Shown here: in pieces, positions 19,938 to 29,914 of the stretch
Position numbering within the stretch: position 1 is the stretch's first letter
How the letters are laid out: the number at the start of each line of letters is the position of its first letter
Virus record (IMG/VR): IMGVR_UViG_3300044797_000394
Span: 64,001-128,000 of that record
Source of the DNA: a virus
Length of the DNA stretch: 64,000 nt
Direction: 5' to 3' (one strand)
The notes under the pieces: model-generated
What the model saw: only the letters and a program-made list of their open reading frames with translations
Told to the model about the DNA's origin: nothing
Databases searched by the model: none
Translations under genes and position numbers: made by a program

Positions 19938-20657
19938 GTGGACGTTCTCACGCTCCGAGTCGCTGCCAGGTTTATTCAAGCCCGGCCAATTCCTCTCGAC
20001 CACGGGGCGATTAAGAGAGATTCCGACCGTATAGCCCACTACATCACAAAATACACGGCTCATTTCCCGTCGGAACAGGTTGTCGGTCGCCATGCCAAAA
20101 TCTTCGACAATCAGGAAACCAGCGTCTGGGTAATCGGGGGCGACTTCATCACCATTCCGGTTCTATTCGAAAGCACTCTTAGCAAGTCGACTTCCTTTAC
20201 CGTGGGTGGGATGTACTCGGTTGTCAAACGAGAAATATGGGTGCACATTAACGGCTCGAAAACATTCGGGGACTTTGCGGATCCTGAAAATCAGCCCCTA
20301 GTCTCAGCGGATATTTTCAAGGTGCTCATTCACGAGTTAACCCATGCGGCCGAAGGTCGCTTTCTCCCCCACGAGATTGTGGACCCTAAGGAGAGCCCAG
20401 AAGAGCGCAACGCATACTTCAACCAAGCCCATGAGGTGCGGGCGTACATGCAGCAGATTGTTTCGCAATGCCTCGACATCGCGAACCGCTACCTCCTGCG
20501 AAAGCAGTACAAGGGGAGACCTCACCAATTCGTAGAAGCCGTCGTGGACCTCAGTGAAACTTGGAAGAAGGTTCGGGACTACATGAACCCTCAAAGTAAG
20601 GCCAAGATTTTGAAAGCCGTGTATATGGCTCTGGATGAGGCCGGGTTACTTCTCTAG
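19938..20657 (+). CDS. RVAAR-tag HExxH protein
   Basis: MDVLTLRVAARF. LIHELTHAAE...YFNQAHEVRAY. Confidence 0.65.
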   Translation: MDVLTLRVAARFIQARPIPLDHGAIKRDSDRIAHYITKYTAHFPSEQVVGRHAKIFDNQETSVWVIGGDFITIPVLFESTLSKSTSFTVGGMYSVVKREIWVHINGSKTFGDFADPENQPLVSADIFKVLIHELTHAAEGRFLPHEIVDPKESPEERNAYFNQAHEVRAYMQQIVSQCLDIANRYLLRKQYKGRPHQFVEAVVDLSETWKKVRDYMNPQSKAKILKAVYMALDEAGLLL

Positions 20658-20685
20658 TCCACTTATTGATTGGGTGGTGTAACCC

Positions 20686-21900
20686 ATGGACAAGCTAGCT
20701 CTTCGTGTTGCTCAACGAATCGCCCAAACTCAAGAGGAAGAGGCGTCAATCAGCCGTCCCGGGCCCATGGCGCAAGATCCGCTTCTTGACGAACACCTCG
20801 CGGTAGCCCCTCCTGGGTGGGAGAATACCGTCAAAAAGATGAAAAAACACGATGAGATCGATAACCCGTGGGCACTTGCTTGGTCGATGAAGAACAAGGG
20901 TGACAAGCCGGGCGGAAAAAAGGAAGCCGACCAAGTCCAAAACGAGCTCTTGAAGACGGACGATTTGTCGCCCCCAGCCCCAGAGGCTTCGTCTCGATTC
21001 CCCGATAAGGACCCCGAAGCGGTTGCCGCCGTGCGATTGGCGATGGGACGTGAAGCCTCGTTTACGTCGACGTACTATCGTCTTGTCGGTGACCTTCGCG
21101 AACTTCGGGACGAGCATAGTATGGATCCCGAGCGGATTGCCAAACAAGCCATTGTTACGCTTCAGCTAGAGGATAAGAAAAAAGGGAAAAAGGCAAAGAC
21201 CTGGAACATTAGGACCGGTCCTCAGGCCACGGATACGTTTCGTGATCTCATCATGAGCCTAGAACCCTTCGTCAACGACCTTCCCGCCAAAGAGCAACAT
21301 CGAGCAAAAGAGATCGAGGGGCATGCGCTACGAGGATTCTCACACGCCACCACGCTCGAGGGTGAAGAGGTCAAGGAAGCTCTTCACTCGGTTCGCACCT
21401 ATCTGACCGAGCTCGAGAGGCTTCTTCAGGGTCAGCGCCAGCTTTTCGCTCGGGTCGCCTCTGAGTCTCACGAGGTTACGAACGTTTTCAAGGACATCTT
21501 CGACCTTTGCGATGAGCTACCTGATATCATCAATTTGGACTATATGCGTCAAGTGGGACTGAAGCCAGGACCGAAGGTAGACGCGTATCCCCTGAGGGAG
21601 AAGAAGCCTCGGGTCAAAGCAAAGAAGACCTTCAAGCAGGCTCAGGACGCGATTTTCGCATCACTTAAGGCCAAGGGCTGGAGGGTTACCGATCACCTGA
21701 AAATCCCGTACGCCGTGTCGCCCCACGGAGACTTCCGATTCTGGTTCAAGCCGCAGGCCATTTACTACTCGGCCGGCCCTAAGGTGAACAACTTCGGAGA
21801 GGCCCGTTCCATGTGGTCGTCCGATTACAGGAACATCGACACTGAAGAGTTCGTCAACGACCACCTCATGCATTTCGCTAAAAAGTACACCAAGGTCTGA
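20686..21900 (+). CDS. RVAAR-tag multidomain protein (putative virion-internal)
   Basis: MDKLALRVAQRI. Internal REAS and RVAS linkers. Confidence 0.65.
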   Translation: MDKLALRVAQRIAQTQEEEASISRPGPMAQDPLLDEHLAVAPPGWENTVKKMKKHDEIDNPWALAWSMKNKGDKPGGKKEADQVQNELLKTDDLSPPAPEASSRFPDKDPEAVAAVRLAMGREASFTSTYYRLVGDLRELRDEHSMDPERIAKQAIVTLQLEDKKKGKKAKTWNIRTGPQATDTFRDLIMSLEPFVNDLPAKEQHRAKEIEGHALRGFSHATTLEGEEVKEALHSVRTYLTELERLLQGQRQLFARVASESHEVTNVFKDIFDLCDELPDIINLDYMRQVGLKPGPKVDAYPLREKKPRVKAKKTFKQAQDAIFASLKAKGWRVTDHLKIPYAVSPHGDFRFWFKPQAIYYSAGPKVNNFGEARSMWSSDYRNIDTEEFVNDHLMHFAKKYTKV

Positions 21901-21901
21901 A

Positions 21902-22783
21902 ATGCGTAGGGACGTGTTGAGTCTGCGTGTGGCGGCTCGTTACCAGCTCGCCTTCGAGTTTCCGACTCCAAAGGCGCTGAAGGACTACCTGCACGAACAT
22001 CCCAAGGCGGACCCGAAAAATCATACGGTCAAGAAGCCGGGGGAGATTTCTGAAAAGAAGACGGACGGAGGTCACGGTGTCGAGCACGATGAGCACGAAC
22101 ACGGTGCCGGGCCTAAGTTGACTTGGAAGGACCTGGCAAAGAGTCTGTCCTCGAAGGCCCAGGAGTTCCTCCACAAGACCCCGTCGACCGTCAAAAAATT
22201 CGTTGATGATGAGGATCATCGTCGAGAAACTCTACTCAAGGCGCACAAGTCGATTCTGAGCGCCCCGATGAAATACGTCGAGAGTGCCTACAATGTAGCC
22301 AAACATGAGGTCAAGGAGTTCAAGGAGGCGGGCGAGGGCATCCATGCTTGGATGACCGGCAAGGAAGTCTCCAAGAAGCAAAAGCACGCCATACGGGAAG
22401 TGGCCATCCACTGTACGGTTGCGGCAGTTTCAGGGGCCTTAGGGGCGGGGTTCGGTCTTGGAGCGGGCGCCGTTGCCATCACGAAGGGCGTGATGAGCTC
22501 GTTCGTTAGCTCTACCGCAAAGAAGATCGCGGTCAAAGCGGTCACGAAGCACCTACAGCACCTACCCACTCTACACGAGTTTGGGGAGATCGGTCACCAC
22601 TCGGTCGAGCTGGTCTCAAAGCTCATGGAGCGCCTCGCGTCGAAAGACGACCGGCCCCCCACTCAGGATGAGGTTTTTCAGGCTCTCATCGCCGCCATTT
22701 CGGCGAAAGCACTCAAAGATTTGGATCCGGATACGATTAGGGAAGCCCTCGAAGACGCCGCTGGTGTATCTTCTGAGGGATGA
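21902..22783 (+). CDS. RVAAR-tag protein with a Gly/Ala hydrophobic segment
   Basis: LSLRVAARYQLA. AAVSGALGAGFGLGAGAVAI. Confidence 0.65.
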   Translation: MRRDVLSLRVAARYQLAFEFPTPKALKDYLHEHPKADPKNHTVKKPGEISEKKTDGGHGVEHDEHEHGAGPKLTWKDLAKSLSSKAQEFLHKTPSTVKKFVDDEDHRRETLLKAHKSILSAPMKYVESAYNVAKHEVKEFKEAGEGIHAWMTGKEVSKKQKHAIREVAIHCTVAAVSGALGAGFGLGAGAVAITKGVMSSFVSSTAKKIAVKAVTKHLQHLPTLHEFGEIGHHSVELVSKLMERLASKDDRPPTQDEVFQALIAAISAKALKDLDPDTIREALEDAAGVSSEG

Positions 22784-23613
22784 CCCCGATTCTTCGTTCT
22801 GGTAGAGCTGAGGTTGTACCTTACAGCCTTTCGCGGTGGACCGATGTCCCGGGAGCTAAATGGGATTGGTTTCGGGCGAGTCTGCTCTCTGGGAAAATGC
22901 AAGCATTCGACGTTCGCACGGGCGTTCCCGACTGGTGGTCTTTAGCGCCAGAAGAAACGCACAGCCTGGTTTTTTGGACCAAAGTCCCGAAGAACTTGGT
23001 CGCCGATTACGCTTTACTGTCCGCCTACAAGGTCAAGGTTCACGTGACGATTACGGGTTGGGAGGAAGTGGAACGGGGAGCGCCCAACATCGAAACCGCG
23101 ACGCAGTGGGCTTCGAACCTCTCGGATCTTGTGGGCAGAGAGAACCTTTCATGGCGGTTCTCGCCCGTTCCGATTCTAAGCTCGGTTCGAAGCTTGTACC
23201 AACGTTTCGAGTCCATTGCCTCTCGGATGACAGGGAAGACGAACTCCGTCTATTTGTCCTTTTTACAACCAAACGACATGATTCCAGAGACCCGAAGCGC
23301 CACGGAATGTCTCCAAATCATGCGAGAATTGGCTCAGATTGCGGATGCCTACCGTATAAGGGTTCGCCTCTGCAACGTTTACAAGGACTCCCTGGATGGC
23401 CTGGGGGCCCAGCAAAATCTATCCGCTGGCGTATGTGTTCCCTGCGAGGGTGAGCCAAAACCCCAATCCGAATCATGTGGCTGTGCCATCATGGTCGACC
23501 CGTTCACTTTCAACGAATCGTGCACCCTATCTTGTGGCTACTGTTATGCCTCGGACAAGTCCTTGTCCCCGAAGAAGTCGAACTCCACGAAGGGTCTTGT
23601 GGTGATACCATGA
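22780..23613 (+). CDS. DUF1848-like radical-SAM-related protein
   Basis: SLSRWTDVP, VFWTK, WRFSP, C-terminal CTLSCGYCYA. Confidence 0.7.
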   Translation: MTPILRSGRAEVVPYSLSRWTDVPGAKWDWFRASLLSGKMQAFDVRTGVPDWWSLAPEETHSLVFWTKVPKNLVADYALLSAYKVKVHVTITGWEEVERGAPNIETATQWASNLSDLVGRENLSWRFSPVPILSSVRSLYQRFESIASRMTGKTNSVYLSFLQPNDMIPETRSATECLQIMRELAQIADAYRIRVRLCNVYKDSLDGLGAQQNLSAGVCVPCEGEPKPQSESCGCAIMVDPFTFNESCTLSCGYCYASDKSLSPKKSNSTKGLVVIP

Positions 23614-23825
23614 AGATCGACGAAGCTGTCGCTCGTGCGTGCCGGGAACCGACACTTAGCGATGCCCTTAGTTGGATTGCTGTTTGGGAGTCGGAGAGGG
23701 CCATTCGTCAGGCGATTGAGTACACGAAAAATGGCAATTCTACCGCCTCTCATGGTGGGGGGTGGGACACTTGCTTCAAGTATTGCTTCGACCGGGTATT
23801 GGAAAAATGGCACTCAAACCGCTAG
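23610..23825 (+). CDS. hypothetical protein
   Basis: ATGA overlap, 71 aa. Confidence 0.55.
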   Translation: MKIDEAVARACREPTLSDALSWIAVWESERAIRQAIEYTKNGNSTASHGGGWDTCFKYCFDRVLEKWHSNR

Positions 23826-24064
23826 CGATACCTGATGAGGACTCCGACGATCTTTCGGATGCGGAGATCGCTAAGTCTATTCCTATTGAGGTCTACTCGG
23901 AAGTTATCTCACATATTCCCGAGAAATGCCTCATTTGTGAGTCCTCAATTGCGCATGTGAAGCACACACGGCGTCGCCGTAAACCCGCCCATTTCTCTCG
24001 GGTGACCGTAAAATGCGAGGCTGGACACGAGACCAGTCAGTTGTTCCTTTTGAAAAGTCTGTAG
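23807..24064 (+). CDS. small Zn-ribbon-like protein
   Basis: CxxC...CxxGH. Confidence 0.5.
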   Translation: MALKPLAIPDEDSDDLSDAEIAKSIPIEVYSEVISHIPEKCLICESSIAHVKHTRRRRKPAHFSRVTVKCEAGHETSQLFLLKSL

Positions 24065-24065
24065 C

Positions 24066-24503
24066 ATGGGAAACAGTAACGACCTCACACCTCCGTGCTC
24101 TCGATGTCAGGCTTCCCCGTGTGGGTGCGGTCTACATGGGGAATGCACGAAGTGCGACAGGGATACGAAAAACAACGTTTGGGTCGAACGGGGCCCATTT
24201 CCAGGAGACGACGCACGTCCCGGAATCTGTCTGCTCGATACGATGAGCGCCTACCAGATCATTTATTCTCTGGAGCACGATTGGCGGGCGGCAAAAGATC
24301 TGAAGCGAGTTACATCTGATCCGTACCTCCAGTATCTCGCGTGTAATGTGACCAGACTGCCGACGCAAGAACTCGTGGATATGGAACAGGCCTATCTCAA
24401 TCGGTCTAGGACCAAAGGGTCCTATCCGTTTTACGATACCTTCGCTGGGAACCCACCAACTCCCCAGCCCAAACGGACTGAGGATTGTGTAGACGACGAC
24501 TGA
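24066..24503 (+). CDS. Cys-rich hypothetical protein
   Basis: CxxCxxxxCxC...CxxC. Confidence 0.5.
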   Translation: MGNSNDLTPPCSRCQASPCGCGLHGECTKCDRDTKNNVWVERGPFPGDDARPGICLLDTMSAYQIIYSLEHDWRAAKDLKRVTSDPYLQYLACNVTRLPTQELVDMEQAYLNRSRTKGSYPFYDTFAGNPPTPQPKRTEDCVDDD

Positions 24504-24530
24504 CATTTGCAGTTGAAATGGAGATTACAG

Positions 24531-24923
24531 ATGAGTTTAGGCAGAAAGATGCGACGAGCTCAAGCAAGGGAGCTCGCAAAGACACCCGAGCTCGCAAAGG
24601 CCGTGGGTTCTCTCAAAGGTCTTCGTCCCGCCATCGATGACACGCAAACTGCCGTCGTTCAAGTACTAGAAGAGCTCGACAATCTCGACTACCAGGTTCG
24701 GCGACAACGGGCGGTATTTCTGCGAATGGTGATGGAGATCAAGGGTGCTTACAAGCCCAAGTTCGTTATCAATCACCACACGAAATCCGAACCATCGGAC
24801 CCCCTTGAGGAAGCCCAGGAGCTCGAGAAGCAATACTGCTTCGAATACGATGCTCTTTATGCTATCTCTCGTGGTCTCATGCTGAAAGCACAAGCAGAGG
24901 CTCAATCTAAAGAGGAATCGTGA
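24531..24923 (+). CDS. hypothetical coiled-coil protein
   Basis: SD GGAG. Helical ORF. Confidence 0.6.
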   Translation: MSLGRKMRRAQARELAKTPELAKAVGSLKGLRPAIDDTQTAVVQVLEELDNLDYQVRRQRAVFLRMVMEIKGAYKPKFVINHHTKSEPSDPLEEAQELEKQYCFEYDALYAISRGLMLKAQAEAQSKEES

Positions 24924-25459
24924 GTCATGGTCAACCGCCCTCGTCTGAAGTCCCTTCCCGGCAAAAAATCCACCATTCGAGCGGCCAAAACCCACGACGA
25001 ATGGCAGAGCCTCATGAGGTCGGCAATCGATCTCGCCGAGAAGACGAAGGATCCGAGGTTGTCGGGACTGATGGCGGCGAACGCGGAGGGACGGGTCGAA
25101 CAGTATCTACGAAGACAGGGGATCATCTGTCCGGTGGACCTTCAACGGGAGTTCCCGACCAAGAAGACCTAGCCGAAAACCTATTAGAGTCTTTCAAAAC
25201 AGGAGACGCCACGAGGGTATACAGGGCAGCGGAAGAGCTCATTAGGCACTACCGCGAGGTTCAGCATGAGGCGGCCCAATTCAGGTTTCGGTTGAACTTC
25301 GGGACATCTAGGTGTGAAAATTGCGATGGTTTGAAGGCTGGACCGGGGGTAGAAGCTACTTGTTACCAGGTGAAAGCCTGCAATTTCACGAATATCAAGG
25401 CGGGCAACCTTGATAAAAGGCATCTTCGGGTACTTCAAACTCTGTTGGGCGGTGTATAG
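24920..25459 (+). CDS. hypothetical protein (C-terminal Cys cluster; start uncertain)
   Basis: Only the C-terminal half looks globular. The N-terminal half overlaps 24927..25172. Confidence 0.4.
   Translation: MSHGQPPSSEVPSRQKIHHSSGQNPRRMAEPHEVGNRSRREDEGSEVVGTDGGERGGTGRTVSTKTGDHLSGGPSTGVPDQEDLAENLLESFKTGDATRVYRAAEELIRHYREVQHEAAQFRFRLNFGTSRCENCDGLKAGPGVEATCYQVKACNFTNIKAGNLDKRHLRVLQTLLGGV
24927..25172 (+). CDS. hypothetical protein
   Basis: SD GAGGA 10 nt upstream. Protein-like composition. Confidence 0.5.
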   Translation: MVNRPRLKSLPGKKSTIRAAKTHDEWQSLMRSAIDLAEKTKDPRLSGLMAANAEGRVEQYLRRQGIICPVDLQREFPTKKT

Positions 25460-25494
25460 GTAAGTGTACCCCCAAGTTAAAATGGAGATGTGGT

Positions 25495-26121
25495 ATGTCC
25501 CTAACCCTCAAAATTGAAGAAGAGCTACGGAGCCGTCTCGAAAGAGAATTGCAGGGACATCAGGACAAGCTCTCGGAGATTCAAAAGCAAAAGGATGAGC
25601 TGGACGCCCTATATGCGGATGAGTCAGCCCAACTGGACCATCTTAGATTGAAGATTGAGAAGTTCGATTCGATCTTCGGTACAGAGCCAGAGCCCTCTAG
25701 GCGGCCCGTCGTTAGCGAGGCTGTTCCAACCGCTCGTACAGTCTCGGCCCCCTCCTCAAAGCCTTCCAAGCCCCCGAATAACAATCGAGCCGCCGTTGGT
25801 CGCCGTGAAGTGGCGGACGGAAGGCGTCCGAAGATTCGCGACGCCATGGTTACGGTAATGGGGACGAACATTATGAACGCCCTCAGTATCTACGAGGACC
25901 TGAAGGTTCGAGATTGGCTTCCCAATTCGAGCAATCCGAGAGCGTACATTGCGTATCTGCTTTCCTCATTCAGCGAGACCTTCGAGCGGGTACCGTCCAA
26001 AGGTCGTGGATACTACCGTGTCCGTGCGACCGCCACGGCAGAAGTGCTGCGAAACGGAGTTCCCCAGCTCAACAATACGGACGAGATCCTTCGAGACGCG
26101 GGCGTTCTTCCGGCCAACTGA
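25495..26121 (+). CDS. coiled-coil plus putative wHTH DNA-binding protein
   Basis: N-terminal coiled coil. IRDAMVTVMG...IYEDL..RDWLP...FERV..GRGYYRV. Confidence 0.55.
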   Translation: MSLTLKIEEELRSRLERELQGHQDKLSEIQKQKDELDALYADESAQLDHLRLKIEKFDSIFGTEPEPSRRPVVSEAVPTARTVSAPSSKPSKPPNNNRAAVGRREVADGRRPKIRDAMVTVMGTNIMNALSIYEDLKVRDWLPNSSNPRAYIAYLLSSFSETFERVPSKGRGYYRVRATATAEVLRNGVPQLNNTDEILRDAGVLPAN

Positions 26122-26627
26122 TGAACCGCGGTGACATCGTAACGTGTGATGGGACCTGGTATGTCGTAGTCCAGGTCAACTCGGACGATAGCACTCTCCT
26201 CTTGGACAAGGATGACACTGTGTTGATTGTCCAATCGGATGATCCAAAGTACAAGGTTGAGTTCAACCCGTTTGAACAGTGGCCCTTTATCGTGTTGCCC
26301 CATCGCTCCTATAAGTGGGGTGACCTTACTTCTGTGGCCCATCCTACAAATCTTCTTGAGACACCCGTACCGCTTCGAATCTTTCAGGATTGGCTCCTTG
26401 GTGAACCTGAGAGGAGCGGCGGAACTCTCTACCTGAATCCCAAGCTAAGGTTGCGGCATCTTGACCGAATTGTTCTTACTTACACGAGGGGCAGCACGAG
26501 CGTCATTGTGCCAAAGAACTTCAGGAACGTCTCCATTAGGGCCGCCTCCTCAAGGTTCGGTAGGGTGAAAGTTGCCGAAGTGAAAACGGTATTCGATCAT
26601 TTGCTCAAAGATGACGAGGATACCTGA
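26121..26627 (+). CDS. hypothetical protein with C-terminal HLLxDD tag
   Basis: TGATG overlap. Ends KTVFDHLLKDDEDT. Confidence 0.65.
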   Translation: MNRGDIVTCDGTWYVVVQVNSDDSTLLLDKDDTVLIVQSDDPKYKVEFNPFEQWPFIVLPHRSYKWGDLTSVAHPTNLLETPVPLRIFQDWLLGEPERSGGTLYLNPKLRLRHLDRIVLTYTRGSTSVIVPKNFRNVSIRAASSRFGRVKVAEVKTVFDHLLKDDEDT

Positions 26628-27259
26628 TGTCCCGCAAACTCCCAGTCATTGCTGAGATCAGTCTTTCTCAAGTGTATTCGGCCGAGATTGAGGTAGCATC
26701 CAACTTTGAGGCGTTAGTACGCAACACGGCTCACGACGAGGGCCTCACTGTGTCTTGTCGTTCTGGGTGTTCGAATTGCTGCTACCACCCCGTCCATTTG
26801 ACCGTGGTCGAGGGCATGCTTCTATATAAAAACCTCGTATCCAGGGGACGCTGGACGCCCAGCCTAAAGGCTACCTTTGAGGAACACGCGAGCAAGGTGA
26901 GGGATGCGTCCTACGAAGTTTGGCTGCTCAGTATGATTCCGTGCCCCTTGCTCGATGAGGGGACTAAGAAATGCACGGTTTACAATGCACGGCCTTTTCA
27001 ATGTCGAGTTACGTACTCCACGGGGGATCCCTACAATTGCCATCCCCATCGAATTCTTGAGTCAGAAATCGTCAATAAAAGGGATGTGACCGAGGAGTTT
27101 CACAGTCGAGTGAATCGTGCGATACGCAAGCACGGAATCACGACCATCATCATGCCCCTCAGTGTGGCGGTTCTCGTGGGGGAAAAGATATCCAACGGGG
27201 AATATGACTTGGACGGGGCAGACATGGCCATCTTTAAAGACTACGTTGAAAACACATGA
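26627..27259 (+). CDS. YkgJ/CxxxCxxCC Fe-S or Zn cluster protein
   Basis: CRSGCSNCC...CPLL....CTVYNARPFQCR. Confidence 0.85.
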   Translation: MSRKLPVIAEISLSQVYSAEIEVASNFEALVRNTAHDEGLTVSCRSGCSNCCYHPVHLTVVEGMLLYKNLVSRGRWTPSLKATFEEHASKVRDASYEVWLLSMIPCPLLDEGTKKCTVYNARPFQCRVTYSTGDPYNCHPHRILESEIVNKRDVTEEFHSRVNRAIRKHGITTIIMPLSVAVLVGEKISNGEYDLDGADMAIFKDYVENT

Positions 27260-27540
27260 AGTGCTGCGTTTGCCACCGGGACAAGGAAGCTTTCCAAACC
27301 CTCACTCTTACGTCTGAGGAGAAGTTGCTGGTTGCTTCAGCTACTGGTAAACCTGCGCCCGACACAACGACCTACTGCAAGGCCTGTTGGAAGATCGTTA
27401 CGAGCAAAGTGCAGGGATCTCAGCTCTACAAGGGAATGTTGCAGCTTTACCTACGAGCTGCTGGTGTAAGTCAGGCTGAACGTATCGCCGACGCCGTTCA
27501 AGCGAGGATGGTGTCCAAAGCCGGGGGCAAGCCCTCTTGA
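27256..27540 (+). CDS. small Zn-finger protein
   Basis: CCVC...YCKAC. Confidence 0.55.
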   Translation: MKCCVCHRDKEAFQTLTLTSEEKLLVASATGKPAPDTTTYCKACWKIVTSKVQGSQLYKGMLQLYLRAAGVSQAERIADAVQARMVSKAGGKPS

Positions 27541-27549
27541 GGTTCCAAC

Positions 27550-28296
27550 ATGACCCATCCGATCGTTGATGCAATCATTAACCGATTAAACCCCATTCGA
27601 GAGAAGTTCGGTGAGGAAGCATTCCGTAAAGCCGCCGAGCAGGCCGCAGCGGAGATCCTTCGCATGGCAGGCACGGAGAACCCCGAGCTCGTGGGCGTCG
27701 TGAAGGAGGCACTCAAGGACGTCGTCAACTTTGACGAGCTCGATTCTCCGCAGGCGGCGGTTCCCCCTCAGCCGGTTCCCCCTCAGCCGGTTCCACCTCA
27801 GCCGGTTCCCCCATCACCCCAGGTTTCGGGTATGAACCAGCTCATGTTCCAACAGTTGCGCCAACAGATGCCCGGTCTTCAGACCCAGGCTCAGTTCGAG
27901 GCGTTCATGCTGACATTCGACGCGCTTCGAGCCTACATGAATCATACATTTCTGGGGCAGAAAGAACTCGCTGCCACCTCACGTGACGCCGTTCTTCGAG
28001 GTCTCGATCTCGCGGCTGATGTCACAGTTCTTGTGTCGAAGCTCGAGGAAGTACCCGAATCCGCAACGAGCTCCGAAGCGGAGAAGTACAAGGCTCCACC
28101 CAAAGAGTTCGGAGAGACCGACCTCTTTCAGCAGTTCATGGCAGATCTCGATGCCATGAAGACGCGCGAGGAGCTCCTCCGTTGGTATAGCGTCAACCGG
28201 GCCAAGATTGACTCCATCGTGGACGTGAAGTTGAGAAATGAGCTGTTCGATGGGATTCGGGCAAAGCAGTCCCATTTCATCCCGAGGAGTAACTGA
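27550..28296 (+). CDS. hypothetical protein with PPQPV repeats
   Basis: SD GAGG, 248 aa. Confidence 0.65.
   Translation: MTHPIVDAIINRLNPIREKFGEEAFRKAAEQAAAEILRMAGTENPELVGVVKEALKDVVNFDELDSPQAAVPPQPVPPQPVPPQPVPPSPQVSGMNQLMFQQLRQQMPGLQTQAQFEAFMLTFDALRAYMNHTFLGQKELAATSRDAVLRGLDLAADVTVLVSKLEEVPESATSSEAEKYKAPPKEFGETDLFQQFMADLDAMKTREELLRWYSVNRAKIDSIVDVKLRNELFDGIRAKQSHFIPRSN
27758..27812 (+). repeat. 15-nt tandem repeat (VPPQP, about 3.7 copies)
   Basis: cggttccccctcagc units. Confidence 0.85.
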
Positions 28297-28299
28297 ATC

Positions 28300-28887
28300 A
28301 TGGCATACGATAGTGACTTTTTCAAAGCCTATGCCGAGTACCTGGAAGAGTACTCGGTTCGCGAGAGTCACAGCACGGCTTTCAAGTGGTTCCGCAATCT
28401 ATCCTGGCCGGATAGGCTTGAGGTTGTAGACTTGGGTTGCGGTCTGGGGGAGTTCTGGAAGTATGGGAGCTGGTCAAAGTACGTAGGCATCGACTTGGAG
28501 CCTCGCGGCGCAAACACCATTCAGGGCGATTATCGCAAAATCAACCTGAACACGGACCTCCCATTCAAACCGAACACGTTTATCAGCCTGTTTTCGATTG
28601 AACCGTGCAACTACCCCGAGGAGCGGTACGAGATCTACCGTAACCTGTTTGACAAAAACCCCTCAATTCAGTACGGATTGTCGGCTGGATTCTACTACGC
28701 CGATCGCATAGAGCAAGAGCAGGTTACGGAAAGTGGCGATATCGTCAGCCATCAGAGTATTCAACCGCTCGCATTGTATTCGGCAGGCGGTCTCTTCACG
28801 GAGCAGTGGCTTACACTTCGAACTCCGTCGAAGATGTTCGGGAGTGACGTTGTCGAGGTTTGGAAGGCCTTTCGTCGTCGGGATTGA
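28300..28887 (+). CDS. class I SAM-dependent methyltransferase-like protein
   Basis: VVDLGCGLG, YVGIDL, IQGD. Confidence 0.65.
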   Translation: MAYDSDFFKAYAEYLEEYSVRESHSTAFKWFRNLSWPDRLEVVDLGCGLGEFWKYGSWSKYVGIDLEPRGANTIQGDYRKINLNTDLPFKPNTFISLFSIEPCNYPEERYEIYRNLFDKNPSIQYGLSAGFYYADRIEQEQVTESGDIVSHQSIQPLALYSAGGLFTEQWLTLRTPSKMFGSDVVEVWKAFRRRD

Positions 28888-28912
28888 GGCCAGGTCGGTG
28901 TAGATAGGGGGT

Positions 28913-29914
28913 ATGACCCTAGACCTCAGCGGTATCAAAGTTGTCATCAGTCACGACAACTGTGCAGATGGCAAGGCCTCTGCGATTTTGATCCACGACG
29001 CCATTCCTACGGCAGAGATTCTCTTTCACCAATACGGTAACGACGAGTACCGCAATATGAAAGCGGAACCCGGGATGCTGTTCGTCGACTTTTCTCCTCC
29101 ACCTGAACGGGCACAGGAGTTCGTTGACGCGGGCGCCATCGTGCTCGACCACCACAAGTCGGCAAAGGAGACGGTTGCCAAGTTCGGGAACCGGGGAGTG
29201 TTTGCTGATGAGTTGGAAAACCCAGGAGTGTGTGGGGCAACGCTCGCCTTCCGTGAAGTTTGGAAAGTTTTGAGGGGTTATCGTCGTGATGACCCCTGTA
29301 TTCACGTGGCTTCATTTGATCGGCTGTCCTTGTTCGCCGAACGCTTTGCCATGTTGGCTGGAGTCTACGATACCTGGCAACGGCAATCGCCATTTTGGGA
29401 GGAAGCTCGAGCTCAAAAAGAGGTTCTGTCTTTCATGCCGTGGGAACGTTGGTCGAAGATGTACCTTTCTGACATTAGTGAGAACTGGCGAGCCCAATTT
29501 CAGTGGGTGGGGGAGGTACTCATTGAAAAAGATGACCAATCCACGGAAAAAACGGTGAAAGGGGCCCGTCGCTTTACTACGAGTCGGGGAACTCGCGTCG
29601 CAATCTTCGAGGGGTCCACGAAGTCAAGCAGCGTAGCGGAGTATATCGGTTCGGACGCTGACCTTGCGGCAGGATTTAGCTTCTTCGAGGAGGATACCGA
29701 TCAAGGTCGGGTCACCAAGATGGTTGTTTCTACACGGAGTCGCACAACGTACAATTGTTCGGCGCTCGCCAAGTTATACGGGGGCGGCGGGCATACGAAG
29801 GCGGCCGGCTTCAACATTACCCTGCACCCCAACACGGGTAATCCCTACGCCGTGATTGAGTACCTCATTGAAGAATTCGAGCGGGCACCGTCGGTGTATG
29901 GGAACAACTTATGA
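28913..29914 (+). CDS. DHH/DHHA1 phosphoesterase
   Basis: HDNCADG, FVDFS, LDHH, GGGGHTKAAG. Confidence 0.88.
   Translation: MTLDLSGIKVVISHDNCADGKASAILIHDAIPTAEILFHQYGNDEYRNMKAEPGMLFVDFSPPPERAQEFVDAGAIVLDHHKSAKETVAKFGNRGVFADELENPGVCGATLAFREVWKVLRGYRRDDPCIHVASFDRLSLFAERFAMLAGVYDTWQRQSPFWEEARAQKEVLSFMPWERWSKMYLSDISENWRAQFQWVGEVLIEKDDQSTEKTVKGARRFTTSRGTRVAIFEGSTKSSSVAEYIGSDADLAAGFSFFEEDTDQGRVTKMVVSTRSRTTYNCSALAKLYGGGGHTKAAGFNITLHPNTGNPYAVIEYLIEEFERAPSVYGNNL

Noticed and set aside
27758-27812. Short tandem repeats as a possible CRISPR array (also 8915-8957 and 49821-49850)
   Set aside because: They have no spacers, and unit lengths are multiples of 3 inside coding linkers (VPPQP, ASTPPP, KS).
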